DNA of 64,000 bases from Eledone cirrhosa (lineage: Eukaryota): assembly GCA_964016885.1 (NCBI GenBank), contig OZ024742.1:123938001-124002000 (forward strand). The letters run 5' to 3'. Below, in pieces: positions 25,852 through 40,754 of the stretch; positions within the stretch are counted from its first letter, which is position 1, and every line of letters begins with the position of its first letter. A program made the position numbers and the translations under genes. A model generated the notes under the pieces. That model had not been told where the DNA came from. It saw only the letters and a program-made list of their open reading frames with translations, and made no database searches.

Positions 25852-26291
25852 TAGTTGTCTGTGTGTGTGTGTGTCATCATTTTTGCAAAGTCTATGCAAA
25901 TCCACATTTCCCCTTTTCAAACTTGCATTTATATAATTCTTGCGCTCTAAAGATATTAATTGCAGCTTTTATTTTTCAATTTTCTGTTGTTAAAGGGGTG
26001 TTACGCGCCGGTTATCCATCGCCGTCGCGCCCTTATAATATATGTCTGTATATCAGGCCGTCTGCATTACGACATTATGACAAACATTGATGACATATTA
26101 TGTTCGCTCTTTTCCGTTCATTGCCAGGGAACGTCTTCACGAACCAAAATATCGTCTTCCTGTTTTTCTTCGGCTGCAACGTTTTTCAAAATATTTACTT
26201 CTGCGTTCACAGATTGATTTTTTTAGTTTCAGAAGATCCCGTTAAGGGTGAAAGCAGCGATTCCTTGCTTACACTTTAATCTGTTATTTTA

Positions 26292-26973
26292 ATATATAAT
26301 ATAAGCGAGGCAAGCCAGCCCAGTTGCAACTTCTTGCCAATAAACATTAACCTTTGTGCGCCATTCATCTAACTGTAGACCAACAAATACCAACTAAACG
26401 GAGCGTTGACAAGAACGATGGTGAATGAATCTTCGAGGTAAGCAGTTTCCTCCCGAGCTGTTAGTTCACGCGGGATTCTCTGCTACACCTTTTCTTAATA
26501 ATACCGAACAACGTACTGCTGGTCACTCCTTCCCCCAAGAGGCGTACAAAGCGGACATGTGCATCGGGCAGATGGATCGGGTGCAAATCTACACCAGGCT
26601 TGCGCGAGAAAATCGCAAGAGAAAGAATAACTTAGTGACAAGAGTGCGAATGAACTTTTGAGGTAAGTAGCCTACGCCTTACTGCTATTGCACTGGAACC
26701 TTTCTACCAACTTAACCTGTGACATTCTCTTTCACATTTACTCCATTAGGCCAAAAGAGAGGAGTATGAACAGAAGGGCTCAACAATATTTCTACGAACA
26801 GTGCACGTAGACAGCTAAACTGTACTTTCAACTTCTTAATTTTCTCCAAATAAAACAAGTTTCCTGTCGGTATATTTTCCTGAGTTTTTAACAGGCACTC
26901 ACAAATAAACTTTTCTCCTTGGCGGTGCTATTACCAATGTTCTTACCCGTGCAACGCCGGGATACACTGCTAG
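26292..26973 (+). mobile_element. Non-autonomous Helitron
   Basis: 3' hairpin cccgtgcaacgccggg (26946-26961), then 8 nt and CTAG|T (26970-26973). Internal subrepeat of about 230 bp. 5' end uncertain. Confidence 0.7.
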
Positions 26974-27019
26974 TATATATATATATATTTACATACACAC
27001 ACTCTCTTTTTTTTCTCTC

Positions 27020-27027
27020 TCTCTATC

Positions 27028-27068
<41 letters not shown>

Positions 27069-27080
27069 ATATCTATCTTC

Positions 27081-27161
<81 letters not shown>

Positions 27162-27205
27162 ATGTATGTGTGTGTGTGTGTGTGTGTGTATGTGTGTGTG
27201 TGTGT
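27020..27205. repeat. (TCTA)n then (TG)n microsatellite
   Basis: Directly visible. Confidence 0.95.
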
Positions 27206-27540
27206 ATAATAAGTATCAAAAATCCGCTACAATGGAGCAGAGATATATGAAGGGAAAATGATGTCAAACGAAACAAAAGAATGTAAGGTTTTACTCAGGA
27301 TACTCTGACATGCTTTTTCAAGACTACCGCCCGCTTTTCAAATGTGATCCAGAAATGGTTCAAAACAAAATCAAATCATCGATGTTCTTTGTTATCTTCA
27401 CTGCGTGTCTGATACACCCATGCGTTGTAATAGTAGCCAAGCTATTGTGTGCATTTCCAATCTATTTGTCTTTTTATTTGTTGAGTATAAAGGCCTCTTC
27501 GATTCTTAAATTGCCATTATCATTAACAGGTTATTATCCT

Positions 27541-27712
27541 GGCAGTGGATTGGCAGTATCGGTAGAGGGTCATTTGTCATGCTTTGACGCATAGAGTTAC
27601 GGCCCTTTCCATTCTCTGTTCAAATCCCGCTAATTTTAACTTTGCTTGATACAATAAAGTACCAATAATGCACTGGGTAATTGCTGGCCTTGTGCCAAAA
27701 GTAGAAACAATT
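27541..27712 (+). mobile_element. tRNA-derived SINE (core partly deleted)
   Basis: ggcagtggattggcagtatcgg ... ggccttgtgccaaaagtagaaaca, with attatc on both flanks. Confidence 0.9.
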
Positions 27713-28153
27713 ATCATAGTTTACATTATGCGAAAATTACCCTTGGCTTAATACAAGCTAAACAAATTAATATAAGAGAATTTTGCTCGTATCTTATCTC
27801 TAACTGCAAATTCTGGTATTAAGAAGCAGTCACCGTAGAGATCCTTTGTAAGCAGAAAATAATATTCAATAGAAAGTATACGGATCTTGTCCTTATCAAA
27901 ACAGCGTGGTGTGTTCTATAAAGCGCGAGCGTCGTTAGACTACAAAAGGAATATCTCTATATCAGGATATTGTTTATTAATTCCTGATACTGAAGTCAGG
28001 GACATAATACGAGCTAAACTATGTTATATTAGTTTCTATAACTTGTAATCCCCCAATGGTGATTTGGGCATAAATTCAACTATGTTCAAACGCTTTTTTT
28101 TATTTGATAAATTTAGCTATCTTCAAAATCTCTTTGTATATTATATTATATTA

Positions 28154-28230
<77 letters not shown>

Positions 28231-28420
28231 ATGTCCTCCTTTGCGAGTAACTTTCTTTTATAATTCTTTTATAATTCTTTTATACTCTTTATTATTGCTA
28301 CAAACTACAACATCTTCACTCTCTTTAAATATGAAACTGTTGATAGCAAAAATAATATCAACATATCTTTATGATTGTTCTGTAGAATAGGAGGTTAATT
28401 ATATGTTTAAATCTGCACAA

Positions 28421-28472
28421 TGCTCCGATGAATCAAACGGCTGTTTGGAAGAAACGATTGTCATCAATAAAA
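28421..28472 (+). ncRNA. Decayed hammerhead motif
   Basis: ccgatga a tcaaac-ggct-gtttgg aa GAAAC gatt GTC atc, then aataaa. Confidence 0.4.
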
Positions 28473-28749
28473 TGTATTGAACATAGTTTTGATTGTTTTG
28501 ATTGTTTTGAACTTTATATTCCTGCTCTGTGAGGCAACTGATGTATGTACATTGAGCTAATTTTCATACTGGTAATAAGGTGGTAAACAATACAAACATT
28601 ACTGACCTTTCCTGTGTATGTAGTTTATATATAAGTATAAATATTATTGTTTTATATATATTTATATAGTTCAAAAGGAGAAACAAACAAACGCATGCGT
28701 CAATAGTGCGTGATGTTTTTATCTTCATGCTTGGTAAGAATGGGGGAGG

Positions 28750-28785
28750 TTTCGACTTTTCGAACATAAGTCCTTCATCAGAAAA
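28750..28785 (-). ncRNA. Minimal Penelope-type hammerhead at the end of a pyrimidine/CA-rich PLE 3' region (about 28650-29350)
   Basis: Minus strand: tttt CTGATGA a ggac-ttat-gttc GAAA ag TC gaaa. Confidence 0.65.
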
Positions 28786-29352
28786 GTAGAGAGGAACTCC
28801 GAGATAGAGTGAGGAGAGAAGTAAAGAGGGAAGTTAACAGGAAGAACACGAAAGGAAGGGAAAAATAAAAAGAAAAAGAAATATGAAAACTAATTGAAAA
28901 ATTATCTAATTAAATAATAAATAAAAACAGAATTTAAAAAATGTGGAAATGAAATTGATGAGAGGGGTGTATAAGTCCGTGGTAGTGTGTGTAGGGGTGG
29001 CTGAAGGTGAAAAGAAAGGGTGGGGGAAAGCAAGAAAATAAGTCGAAGCGGGGATGGCGGAAGGTATGTGGGCATGTATAGCTGTAAGTGTGTGTGTGTA
29101 TATATGTGGCTGTAAGTGTGAGAGTCTGGAAGGAAGCGAGTGTATATGATTGTGGGGTTTGAAAAAAATGTGTGTGTTGGGGTGGAGTGTATGTCTGTGA
29201 GTGTATAGTCCTTGTATTGGTGTTATTGTGTATGTGTATGTGTGTGGATGGAGGGGGACGGATGGGATGAGATGAGATCGTGTCAAATCCGGAGGTGATG
29301 TGGGGTGAAGTGTGGGTGTATGAGTAGATGTGCATGTGTGTGTTTGTGTTGT

Positions 29353-29520
<168 letters not shown>

Positions 29521-31029
29521 ATTGATAGATAGATATATAACATTGCTATGTAAACACCAGTACTACTATTATTTCATACGTTAAAGAAAACTGTTTTAGA
29601 TATCAGAATGTATTCTATAGAATAAATACAGACGTATATATCTATATCTAGATATATGCATTACAAAGCAAAGAATAAAAAAGGTATAGGTGGGCCTGTG
29701 TGTGTGTGGTGATGTAAACATAAAGTAAAAGAGAAATGATTATATTGTGCATGTAGACAGTTAACGTAGTATATATAATATATGGTATTTATGGAAGTAG
29801 GTAGTACAATAATCATTAACTTATATTGTTGATAGTTCGGTCACATTATCAAAATCTGGAATATCTTAAGTTAGAATTAAGGATTACCTGCCAATGCATT
29901 GAATCAAGTAAATTATGAGACATTTTAATTTGCTTGCTGTTGAAAGATGAGAATAATGCGATGCGTGAGACATAATTAGCTTGTATTTTGATAGAGGAAA
30001 TCTACGATATAAAACGTTTATTGAAATAGATGCACGAGATATACTACAACGTACAAAAATGGATATCAGACTAAGTAATGTATTCCAAAATTATCCAATC
30101 ACTATAAAGCAATATCATGTAGGAAACAAAAAAACAAAAAACAAAAAAAAAAAAAAACTACAAACTTCCCATACGGTTAAAAAAAATCACTCCATGGCTT
30201 ATATTTTCCATTACAATCGAATATATGAGAAATATTTGTCGTAATTTAGCTATATACTGACATCTTTAGTTAAACCCGTTATAACTATTATAGTAATGCA
30301 TTAATGACCAAATAAATATACAATATGCTTAGGGAAATTGTATTTATAGTTGGATAATACATTCATCATGCTTTTACAATTTTAACACGAACGTGATAAT
30401 TATTCACATATAGATGAATGAACTAAATTGAGTAGTCTGTAAGCAATCTATTTTCCTACTACTATACATGTACAATTTTCTTTATGTAATTAGTAATTAA
30501 TTCATCACTACTTCAATAATAAAATTGATTTTATGCTTGGAGTAGAACGTTAGAATAAGAGCCAAAGCTGTCAGTTTCCATCCCAACATTCAAAAAACGG
30601 ATTATATATTCGTCATTTTGCTTTATTTTCATCCCATATATATATTATCTAGTTATATTTTGTAATCATTTCTGCATTGTGACAGTTAATACTACCTGAA
30701 TTATTGAATATATAAATGATAGCATAATCAAATGACGTATGTGGCATATATATCATATATACGAGATATACATCTTGCTCATACGACATAAACAACATTG
30801 CGGTTAGAAAATAATTCAAATCTAAACCGTTATTAGTTTCCCGATTCATAAATAATAAATTCGTGTATGCATTGTCACCTGCCCCCATCCGAATTGATTT
30901 TTTTTGTAAATCTATATATATACATACACACATGCATACATACATACACACTCACATATATCATATATACATACATTAATTTTGGTTTGTGCGCCTGTCA
31001 TTTACCTTCGACAAAAACTGCTTAGGTAT

Positions 31030-31830
31030 GAGATTATCATCCATTCTCAATACATGACCACTCCATCTTAATTAATGTTGAAATATGAGAGACTCCCTAC
31101 TGGTAGACCGACTGCGTTCGAGGACTTCAGTGTCACGCACGTACATTTTCCAGTGAAAGCCCTGCATATATCTAAAAACACAGCCATTTGAGATGCGTTC
31201 GGTAAGTGACCAAGTCTCTGATGCATACAACAAGCATTATACACTTTTAACTTCGTCTCAATAGAAATATCATGCCGTCTTGATTCGGAGGGAACTTTCT
31301 TCATCCACATTATTCGTCATATTTACATTGCTGCCTAGTTATACAAACTTATACATATCTTTCAATTTCTGGCCATACATACATACATGGTGGCTGCCAA
31401 CTCGTTTTCGAGTACGGCCACTACTTTATATCCATGTAGGAGAACCCCTACCGATGCACTAAACAAGTGTGACATTTTAGTCCCGCCAACGACTTGAAAA
31501 CTCGGGTACAAACACTACACCTGTGACAATTATTGACACATAGTGCTGGGCCCATGGCACCATGTGACGACAAGTGCAGAGAGATCTCCAGATATAAAGC
31601 AATGCCTGTGCCGTGAAGCTTTTATAGTGAGCAAAGGCACTGCACAAAGCCAGTCCCACTCTCTTAACCAATATGATATTTACCAAAAAGAAGAACAAGT
31701 CAACATCATTGGATACCATCAGGGTTGCAGGTGTTATATCAGAGTTTTCCTTCTCCTAGAATTCTGCATTGACAAAGGCTAAGGGGTCATCTTTCCCGGT
31801 GATTTTGGATGGCCATTGACTCTTAAGAGC
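31030..31830 (-). mobile_element. Degenerate RTE (BovB-like) remnant
   Basis: 'HDISIETKLKVYNAC' and 'VKRVGLAL' (GVKQGCVLA-like) in broken frames. Confidence 0.6.
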
Positions 31831-31974
31831 TCCCTTGCCCTTTGACAGGTTTTGTTTTTAGTCCTGCAGGATGTCCAAATTCACCCTCCTCACATACAAA
31901 CATACATACATATATACATACAATAACATAAATCCCTACCATATATTTGCTATACGAAACAGGAGTGTCATCAG

Positions 31975-32570
31975 TCGACAACAAATGTAGGCTTTGTAAA
32001 ACAAAGATAGAAAGTGTTAGCCACATTGTTGCCAACAGCAAAATAATCTCGTCTCGTTACTACCTCGCTATAAGATACACGAGGTGATAGCTAGAACCAT
32101 CTGGAGCACACTTAGAAAAACAAAATTAAAAACAAATGAGGAGGAATATGTTTTGATAGATGGGACTAAAGAATACTGGTCAAACCTGAAAATAAAAAAA
32201 TGCCACCAAATTAAAGCACAACCAGCTTGATATTGTTTGGGACCATACATTGAAAAGGTGCTCTGTTGTAGAGATCAGCTGCCCACTTGATGCAAAAGTT
32301 GTAAGAGAAATACAAGAAAAGGAGAACATCTACGAATCATTGATGAGGAGTTAGCAGATCCAGTATCCACGATATACCTTTAGCATCATACTCATCATTA
32401 TTGGAGCTACAGGTTATATAACAACCCGCTTGAACAAAAATATAATTGAACTTGGATTTGCGGACAAAGATCGCAGCTGCCTTATTCATAGACAGCTGTG
32501 ATAGCTGGCACTTTCAAAATTTGTAAAACATTCTTGCGATTCAAGGGATGACGATTTCTTTTCTTTTACA
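31975..32570 (+). mobile_element. Degenerate RLE-type non-LTR (R4/NeSL-like) 3' remnant
   Basis: CRLCKTKIESVSHIVA (decayed CCHC), RHE-like motif, 'EKENIYESL', 'IIIGATG'. Confidence 0.75.
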
Positions 32571-32625
32571 ACCTTGTCACAAGTAGGGTGGCCGGTTAAA
32601 AATGTACTCGAAATTAAAAGGTAGA

Positions 32626-32688
<63 letters not shown>

Positions 32689-33894
32689 CATACGTGTGTC
32701 GGGGTGTAGACAATTATATAACATCAAATCTAGCTACTCGATAAAATAGCTCATGAAAGATATATTTCATATATACATTATATATAGCCATATATATGTA
32801 ATGTAATATGAACCGTTAAACAAAAAGATTTAGATAAATAGAGAAATATAAACTCATGTTATCTGTATATTTAAGTTTAATTCAAGTTTAATCTATATTT
32901 AACGACTTAGCTTTCTATATTTAACATCACTATTTGCCAATATTTCGAAATATTGTGCTAATATGAGGTATTTATGAAAACGTATATTTATAAAAATTCC
33001 AATATTTATAAAAATTCAAATACAATATTACCACTAATATATATATCCAATTACATATAACCATCATATGTTCTCATTATTCTCTTTCTAAATGTATCAG
33101 GCTATAGGTCAATGGGAAGAAGTATTGTATTCTAGTGATTGAGTATAGACGTGAGAGACTTATCCTATACATAATTGTGCGTTTAAAACTAATGGTTTGA
33201 TTACCATACACTGTTACTATAGAAATGTTTTGTATGCATAAGTTTTGGGGCTTACATCGCCTACATCCATTCGTCAAATATATTCTGCCTTTTATAATTT
33301 GAGAAATCCTTATTTTATCAAACATTTAAATATCCAAAATATGTTGGTGTATTAATTGTAATAAAAATCATATATGCATAATATAAATTCGTGTAGAAAT
33401 AACAAGTGATAAAATATTTTGACCTCTATATAATCAAAGATAACAATATAAATAGTCAGTATAGATTTCTATATTTCCGATCATTTTCACCAAGTTAATT
33501 TCATCCTGTTATCCATAAAATTCTAGAGTTATCTAGCAATGGTACATAAATGTACTTACATTATGTATGTTAAAGTCATTTATGTGCATCCTAGATAAAG
33601 CATGAATGTTATTAGACTTAGTTAAACTACATTCATCCTTCTTAAAACATGCAAGTTATTAAATTTTCACTAATATTCCGCGCATAATTTATATATCTGA
33701 TAAGGGTATTAATGAAAGCATCATGACATCTTTGATGTTTAACTGTATTTATTCATCATTACACAGATCACATCTAGTTTTATACAAGGTGAGCGATTTT
33801 GTATTCTGAATGAAACTATATTGTCATGCATACTCTATATAATGATACGTATGAAAAAGCAAGTGGTATTTATGTATATACATAGCCCCTTATA

Positions 33895-33933
<39 letters not shown>

Positions 33934-34078
33934 GTGTATTTAATTATACTAACACACAGAAGGTAGTTTATTAAATTACCTGTAACATTCCATCAATATC
34001 CAATATTAGATAAGGTTGTTGCTGATTAATGTCACGTAATATTTAACCTCATGACTCATGCATACACTAACCCACCCG

Positions 34079-34111
<33 letters not shown>

Positions 34112-34115
<4 letters not shown>

Positions 34116-34961
34116 ATACTAAAAACGAAAGGCAGGTTGTATGATGCCTGCATACGAACAGCAATGTTGCATGGCAGTGAGACCTGGGCATTGTGTGCAG
34201 AGGATATACGCAGACTAGAGAGGAACGAAGCTTGCATGCTTCGCTGGATGTGTAATAGTAATATATGTGAACGGCAACGCATAAACGATCTAAAAAAAAA
34301 ATTAGAAATAAGAGGGATCAGATGTTGTTTACTCGAGAGAAGGCTACGTTGGTATGGACACGTGATACGCATGAAAGTCGATAGCTGTATAACAAAGTGC
34401 AGGGCAATAAAGATAGACGGTAGCCACGGAATAGGCAGACCTAGAAAAACCTGGGACGAGCTGATAAACTCCGACCTCAGACACTTACACCTCTCCAAGA
34501 CAATGTCACTGGACCGAGACCTTTGGCGGTACTCAGTAATAGAGAAGACCCGCCTTACCTAAATACATAGTAAAACCTACTACAGTCAGTAGGCATCTCT
34601 AACAAAATACACCCCCGTCCCATCACCCCACCCCATCCACACCGCCCCCTTCTATGTAAAGTTATGTTGGTGCCACAACATCCAGGCCGAAACAAATGAG
34701 ATCGTGTAGGTGTCACGACAAAAAAACAAACAGTTCACGCTGTAATGTAGCCGTGTAGGCAACACGGTAAAAACCTCCCAGACCCACACTGTAAATGTGG
34801 TTGGTGTTAGGAAGGGCATCCAACTGTAGAAAACCTGCCAGACAGTCCTATGCGAGCAAGACAATCACTCTTGCATCAAGTGGGAAAACCCCCGTCCAAA
34901 CCCATGCAAGCGTGGAACACGGACGTTAAACGTTGATGATGATGATGATGATGATGATGAT
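34112..34961 (+). mobile_element. 5'-truncated RTE LINE, young, in (TA)n, with (GAT)n tail
   Basis: Open C-terminus 34137-34562 'LHGSETWA...RRLRWYGHV...GRPRKTW', then 3' UTR and ggacgttaaac(gat)n tail. Confidence 0.92.
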
Positions 34962-35299
34962 ATATACACGTTACGCTTATGATAAATATACAAACAGGAA
35001 GAATAGACCTTATATGGACATAAATAAAACATCAAATATTCAGTTTACTTCACGGGACATCTGTGTTTTTGTTCGTTATTATTCACCTTAACAGTGCTAT
35101 TAGAGTACTCATTTAACCATACTATGTACATGGGGTTTGATATCACAAATGGCTGGCATATTTCTTAGTTATTTTATATTTTGAAGAATTTCTCTTTTTA
35201 ACTAATTCTTCTTCTGACCAATATTTTTTCATGTGCTATAATCTGAATGCATAAATGGTTGTCTGTGGTAAGAAACAATCAGAAGAGCAAGACAGGAGG

Positions 35300-36140
35300 A
35301 GTTCTTCAGAGAAGAAATGCCCCATCAAGCAAATGTGTCGGCCCTTAACTTCTTAACTTGTTATTTTAAATTTGTAATTACGTAACGTATACATTTTATC
35401 TTAGTCTGCCATATAAGTCGCTTTTTGTGTTCATTTCAAGTGCTGTTTCAACACCTTATGCATCTGCAACCACCCAACCTGTCCATAGAACCTTAGTGTT
35501 ATTTTTGTATGGAGTTATCATCTATCGTGTTCTCGGCACGCAGAATAATTCTTAGTTCTCAAACTCCTCCAATTATGATATCGCTAGTGTAGAAAGTAAA
35601 TGTTTTTCAAACCTCAAACCCGTTTATCAGTTAGTTTCAATTGTTGGGGTTACATGATAACCCACTTGATCTCTTCCCAGCCTTCAAATGCAACCTGCCT
35701 CGAACAATTTTCTCTTTTCTTCTAAGGTCATGTAACCATTGCCTGCACATCATGCTCTACCACAAATAATTATATGCAACGCAACTCTTATACACTATGG
35801 AAATTCAAGTTAGGTTACTGTTCTTAGTTTCGTACGTTCTGCTTACCTATCTTTGGCACTATCAGCAATATATTACCAAAATCATTTGGAGCAAATATAG
35901 CACTATCTATAGAAAACAACAACCATTAAAATCAACTATCACCGAAATTTGGCATTCTTTTCCTCTATAATGACCACAAGCATGGCCTTTGTAAAGGCAG
36001 ATCCTCTGGTGATCAACTAATCTTTCACACATGCCACTTATCTGAAGTGTACCGTGAAAGTGTATGGTGAAAGCAACGTTGTACTTGAAATTGGTATGAG
36101 GTTGGTCTTGTCAAATATGCCAATGTCCTGGTAAAACTGT
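35300..36140 (-). mobile_element. Degenerate RTE remnant
   Basis: Minus-strand traces of the RTE C-terminus and a 3' UTR similar to 34700-34850. Confidence 0.4.
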
Positions 36141-36161
36141 GAGCCTATCATTATAACACAG

Positions 36162-36347
36162 GGCAGTGGAATGGCAGTATCGGTAGAGGGTCGGACGCCA
36201 TGCTTTGAAACATAGAGTTACCTCCCTGTATGATCTGAGTTCAAATCCCGCCGAGGTTAACTTTGCCTTTCATTCTTACGGGGTCGATAAAATAAAGTGC
36301 CAGTAATTCACTGGGTATTTGCTGGCCTTGTGCCTAAAGTAGAAACA
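36162..36347 (+). mobile_element. tRNA-derived SINE, full length
   Basis: 12-bp TSD attataacacag at 36150-36161 and 36348-36359. Confidence 0.95.
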
Positions 36348-37205
36348 ATTATAACACAGCTCTCATTATAAGAATGGATCATCGAGAAGTGTGATGATGG
36401 AGCTATCTATCGCTGCATTTATCTGTGTCTCTCTCTTTATCTCGCTCTCTTCCTCTCTCACTCTTTCTTTATCCCAATCTCTCGGTGTGCCTCACCCTTC
36501 TTGCTAAAAATCAACATTAAACTGTAAGTTTCTACACTCAATAGTTATCTCTAAGTAGCCCTCCTACAACATCAAGACTACACTGACAAAATTAAGAAAA
36601 ACCTCGAAATCCCATTTTGATATAGTTTCCTTTAAAACCCCATATATACAATGACTACACGTTTAAAGAAAGCATGATCACCCTACGCACAAACATGAGG
36701 GACCTATAACTAGAACCCATATCACTATGAAATGTATTATATCATACAGCGAGTTTGCCCTATCTAATCCACATGCACATATTGGAAAACATTTTTCACA
36801 AATATATATCTTTGTCTTCAGAAAGCGATAATATTTGATTCCTCAAGCAATCAGCAAACCTCAATAAAGACACTCAATGAATATTGATTTAAATTTTGTG
36901 ATGGAATGGTAGCTATACCTAGAGACACACTAGACGCATCCAACGAAAATACATTCAGCTTTCAGACGTATCGTTTCACCACTCTTCCTTCAACATTTCA
37001 GTAGCCTGTGTTTCTCGGACCTGCCTAGTTTGTAAAACCTACACATAAACCGTTTCGATTCCTTCCTCCTTCTCCACAATCAAATGCTGCACAATACTCT
37101 TGACTACTTCACTTAATCATTGTTCGCAGAAAACGTCAGTCCGTATTTTGGAATTACCTGTGACTGCTCGCACATTCCCTGTACACACACACACACACAC
37201 ATATG

Positions 37206-37240
<35 letters not shown>

Positions 37241-37383
37241 CGGGGTAATTGAAGGTGCGTTTTTACCTTGTATGGTTAGTTACACGTATAGGTGAGTATA
37301 TACATGGGAACTAATAATCGAAATACATTACCCAGTAATACTGATATTAATAAAGTGTTGTTTTTTTTAGTTCTTTAAATTAT

Positions 37384-37605
37384 TGTTTCTACATTTGGCA
37401 CAATGCCAGCAATTTGAATGTAAGAGGAAATTCGATGTAATCGACTCCGATGCTTTAATTTATCTGGTGCTTTCATTTATCGATCCGTTAAACACGAATG
37501 GCGAAGCTAACCTCGACGAGATTTGAACTCAGAACCTAAATAACCGTAATTATATGGCGCAAAGTTTGTTGTCCGATGCTCCAACGATACTTCCAATCTG
37601 CCACC
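37384..37605 (-). mobile_element. Older SINE copy (long-tail variant)
   Basis: Family motifs on the minus strand. Confidence 0.8.
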
Positions 37606-38049
37606 CTTTTAATTCCTTTAATTATGTCGCAACGAAATACTTCAGTAGTGTGTGATTGTTTTGCAACAATCTCCCATCTTGGACTGCGTCATATATATGT
37701 CGAATGTATTCAAAAGATTTTCGATTCTGATTTGACTCTCCTTTGCTGCAGGAAATATCAAAGTAAAAATTAATTGTATATCTATTGATCTGACAATAAA
37801 AACGTATTGATTCTTGTAACTATTGTATGAAGTTTAACAAATGATTTTGTAAATTACTTTATAATCGTTGAATACATATTTATTGTACAAAGACATTCAC
37901 AGTAACAAATTTCTTGTTACATGAAAGCATAATTCCCTGAAGTTTTCAGTTGATATTCAGTTGATTTTAAACACAAAACGAAACATCTTGAGAGAGATTA
38001 TAATTTTACTCATATCGTTGATCGGGAAACCTATTCTAATTACAAGCAA

Positions 38050-39110
38050 ATGGGTGGATGTCCGCCGAAGAAGAAAACAGAAAGCAAAGCACCAGAAAGA
38101 TTGCCTGGTGCAATCACCCTAACAGACTTAATTTTTCCAAGAAACACAGCCAGGTACATTCTTTCTCTTGCGAAAAAAACGAACTAATCCACTGTCATAC
38201 ACCAGTACCATAAATCTTGAACAAAATCCCAGTTAAGTTACGTTATAGCTGCTTTAAAATTAGTTTTCGCTGATTAAAAATTACATACACTAACAGCCTA
38301 TCCGAAGAATCACAGGATTGTAAATGTAGTGAGCGCACATGAATGATGTGCGCTCTCAGCTAAATGAGTGCTTGTCTAGTGCTCCAAAATACATGGAAGA
38401 TATACAATGGACTTAGTTAAAGCGGCTTCAAATAACGTTTCTTTCAACATCTGAAATTCGTTCAACAATTGGCAATTGCAGAACTCAAAAGTTTTGTCAA
38501 AATTCATCAGCCAATTGAAAAATTAATGGCATAATATATCCCCACTTCAAATGGAATACTGTGGCAAAAGCGAAAGCTTAGCATGGATTAGGTATGAGAC
38601 GTTATTTATGTACTACAGGAAGACAAAATAGTATCACTTTATCAACCAATATACTGAACTCAGAGGAATAAATAGTCTCTCTTGCCTGCATATGCAGAAA
38701 AGTTAGCCTGTGTCTTTAAGCACTTCTATATCTCGGATGATACTAATCTGCATACTGTATAATTGCTTCTTTTAAAGACCACCCAACCATTATAGATAAC
38801 GATGTGTACTGAATTCTACAAGTAGTGGAGGACCCATCTACATTCCATATTCCAGCCATACTACTAACTTCACCTACACCCTCAAAAACATTATCCACCC
38901 GCGTTTGACCCTGCTTTTTCCTTTCTTACCATGAGCACCACCATCTGTCAGTTCATTTACCAGAGCTGCAGATTATGTTATGAGCTACATAGAGGAAATA
39001 TATCTTTAAATTTGTATCTGGCGAACTACCTATTCTTGTTTGTCTTTTTTATGAACAATCCCGGTACTGCTATCTTGGGACACTTGTAGGCTGTGGGCAA
39101 TCCAACTTTG
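38050..39110 (+). mobile_element. Very degenerate non-LTR remnant
   Basis: Traces resembling xxLAYADDL (ctcttgcctgcatatgcagaaaagttag) and a CCHC-like tail. No ORF. Confidence 0.3.
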
Positions 39111-39899
39111 CATTTTTTTTTTAAATCGTTACCCTTGTAATTCAGGGGAAGCTCTAATATTCACTAGTTTATATTTTATATTTTCATTAATATTGCTACT
39201 ATCACTCTCACCACCACATCATTCTGATACATTCTTGATTCTTTAATGTCTTTATTTGACACTAAATTAGCTTAATTTATCTTCACCACAATTACTATTA
39301 TTATTACCATTTTGTTTAAATTATTGTTGTTATTCATATTGTAAAATTCATTGTTTCCAGGAGTAAGTGTTTCCACAATATTGTAGGATACATATTTCTG
39401 TTTCATCACACTGCAGAATAATCTTTTCATCACTATTGTTGCACGCCATCACATCTACTGTTCCTTATCATCATTACATTTAGTAGGAGCCACTTTTGCT
39501 AATTTTGCTAATGTATTGCCTGATACAAACTCATTTTATCATCATCATCATTATTACAATCATCATATTATACCCCATCATCATCAGTACTACCTCCATT
39601 AGTTATCTATTCCCTAAATATTCTTAACCTGATCACCAGTTTCCATACCTCAATTATGTTTTAATTAACTTTTCTATTAATTGATATACACTCACATATC
39701 CACTTAATTTAGTGTACATTATCATATTAATTTTATTTTATTTTATTTTATGTTTTTTATCATCAGTTATTTATCATCATTATCACTAGTACCATTAATC
39801 CATCGGAAGTTTCTTTCACATTATTCTATTAATTGACATCAACTCACCCATTTTATTTTACTTATTATTATCATCTATTCACTATTATCATCTTCTTCT

Positions 39900-40455
39900 A
39901 TACCTTCACCATAAATAGCTTCACTTCACTAGAAGCTTTCTCAGCTGACTATTATATTCACATTGTTTCTGGTGGTGCTTTTTGTCAGCACGCCTTAAAT
40001 CATTTATAATAGATTCCACCGCTTCGACTTATTCTCAACATCTTTCTTTCGATTCCATCTTTATTTTCTTTTTCTCTCTCTCTGTTTCTTAATCTCTCTT
40101 TCATTCCCCTTCCATATTTCATTCCAAATCTTCATATCTTATTCTTGCACCCTCATTTCTTTCCCTTTCTTCCTCGGCCCCTGTCCAAACTTTCTCTGTA
40201 TTCTCTCCTCTATTTTTGTACTCCATTCCCCGTCATTCACTTACTCTTCGTTCTCTCCTTCCTCATATATTCTCTATTACTGCCCACGTATTTAAAAGCA
40301 ACCCTTACCACATACCATCGTATTGTAAAACAACTGTCCAGTCAACTTCTCTGCTCTGGCTCTTCCTCTCTTTAAGCCATCTCGTTGTCACTGAACATTA
40401 AGTCTTGATTGATGATCAAACGATTACACATATGAAACGCAACATATCAAGACTC
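39900..40455 (+). mobile_element. Penelope-like 3' remnant with decayed hammerhead
   Basis: Pyrimidine-rich tail, then gtcttgat-TGATGA...GAAAcgca...atcaagac (40401-40453). Confidence 0.4.
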
Positions 40456-40657
40456 ATTACTTAGCCATAATAACAAATATTTAAACTGTACTACGTTGTT
40501 GAGTATATACATATATATATAATAGTAGCACATATATACCCACATAATGGATACATGGGCATTATGTCTTTCTCTTTTGTGGCTTATATGCCCTCTTCGA
40601 CAAATATTTGTAGGACAAATATTGTGAAAGCTATTATTACAAATCAATATATACATA

Positions 40658-40749
<92 letters not shown>

Positions 40750-40754
40750 AAATA

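Noticed and set aside
26400-26670. Spliced-leader RNA array or host first exons
   Set aside because: Only two diverged repeats, no clear Sm site, and they lie inside a Helitron-like element.
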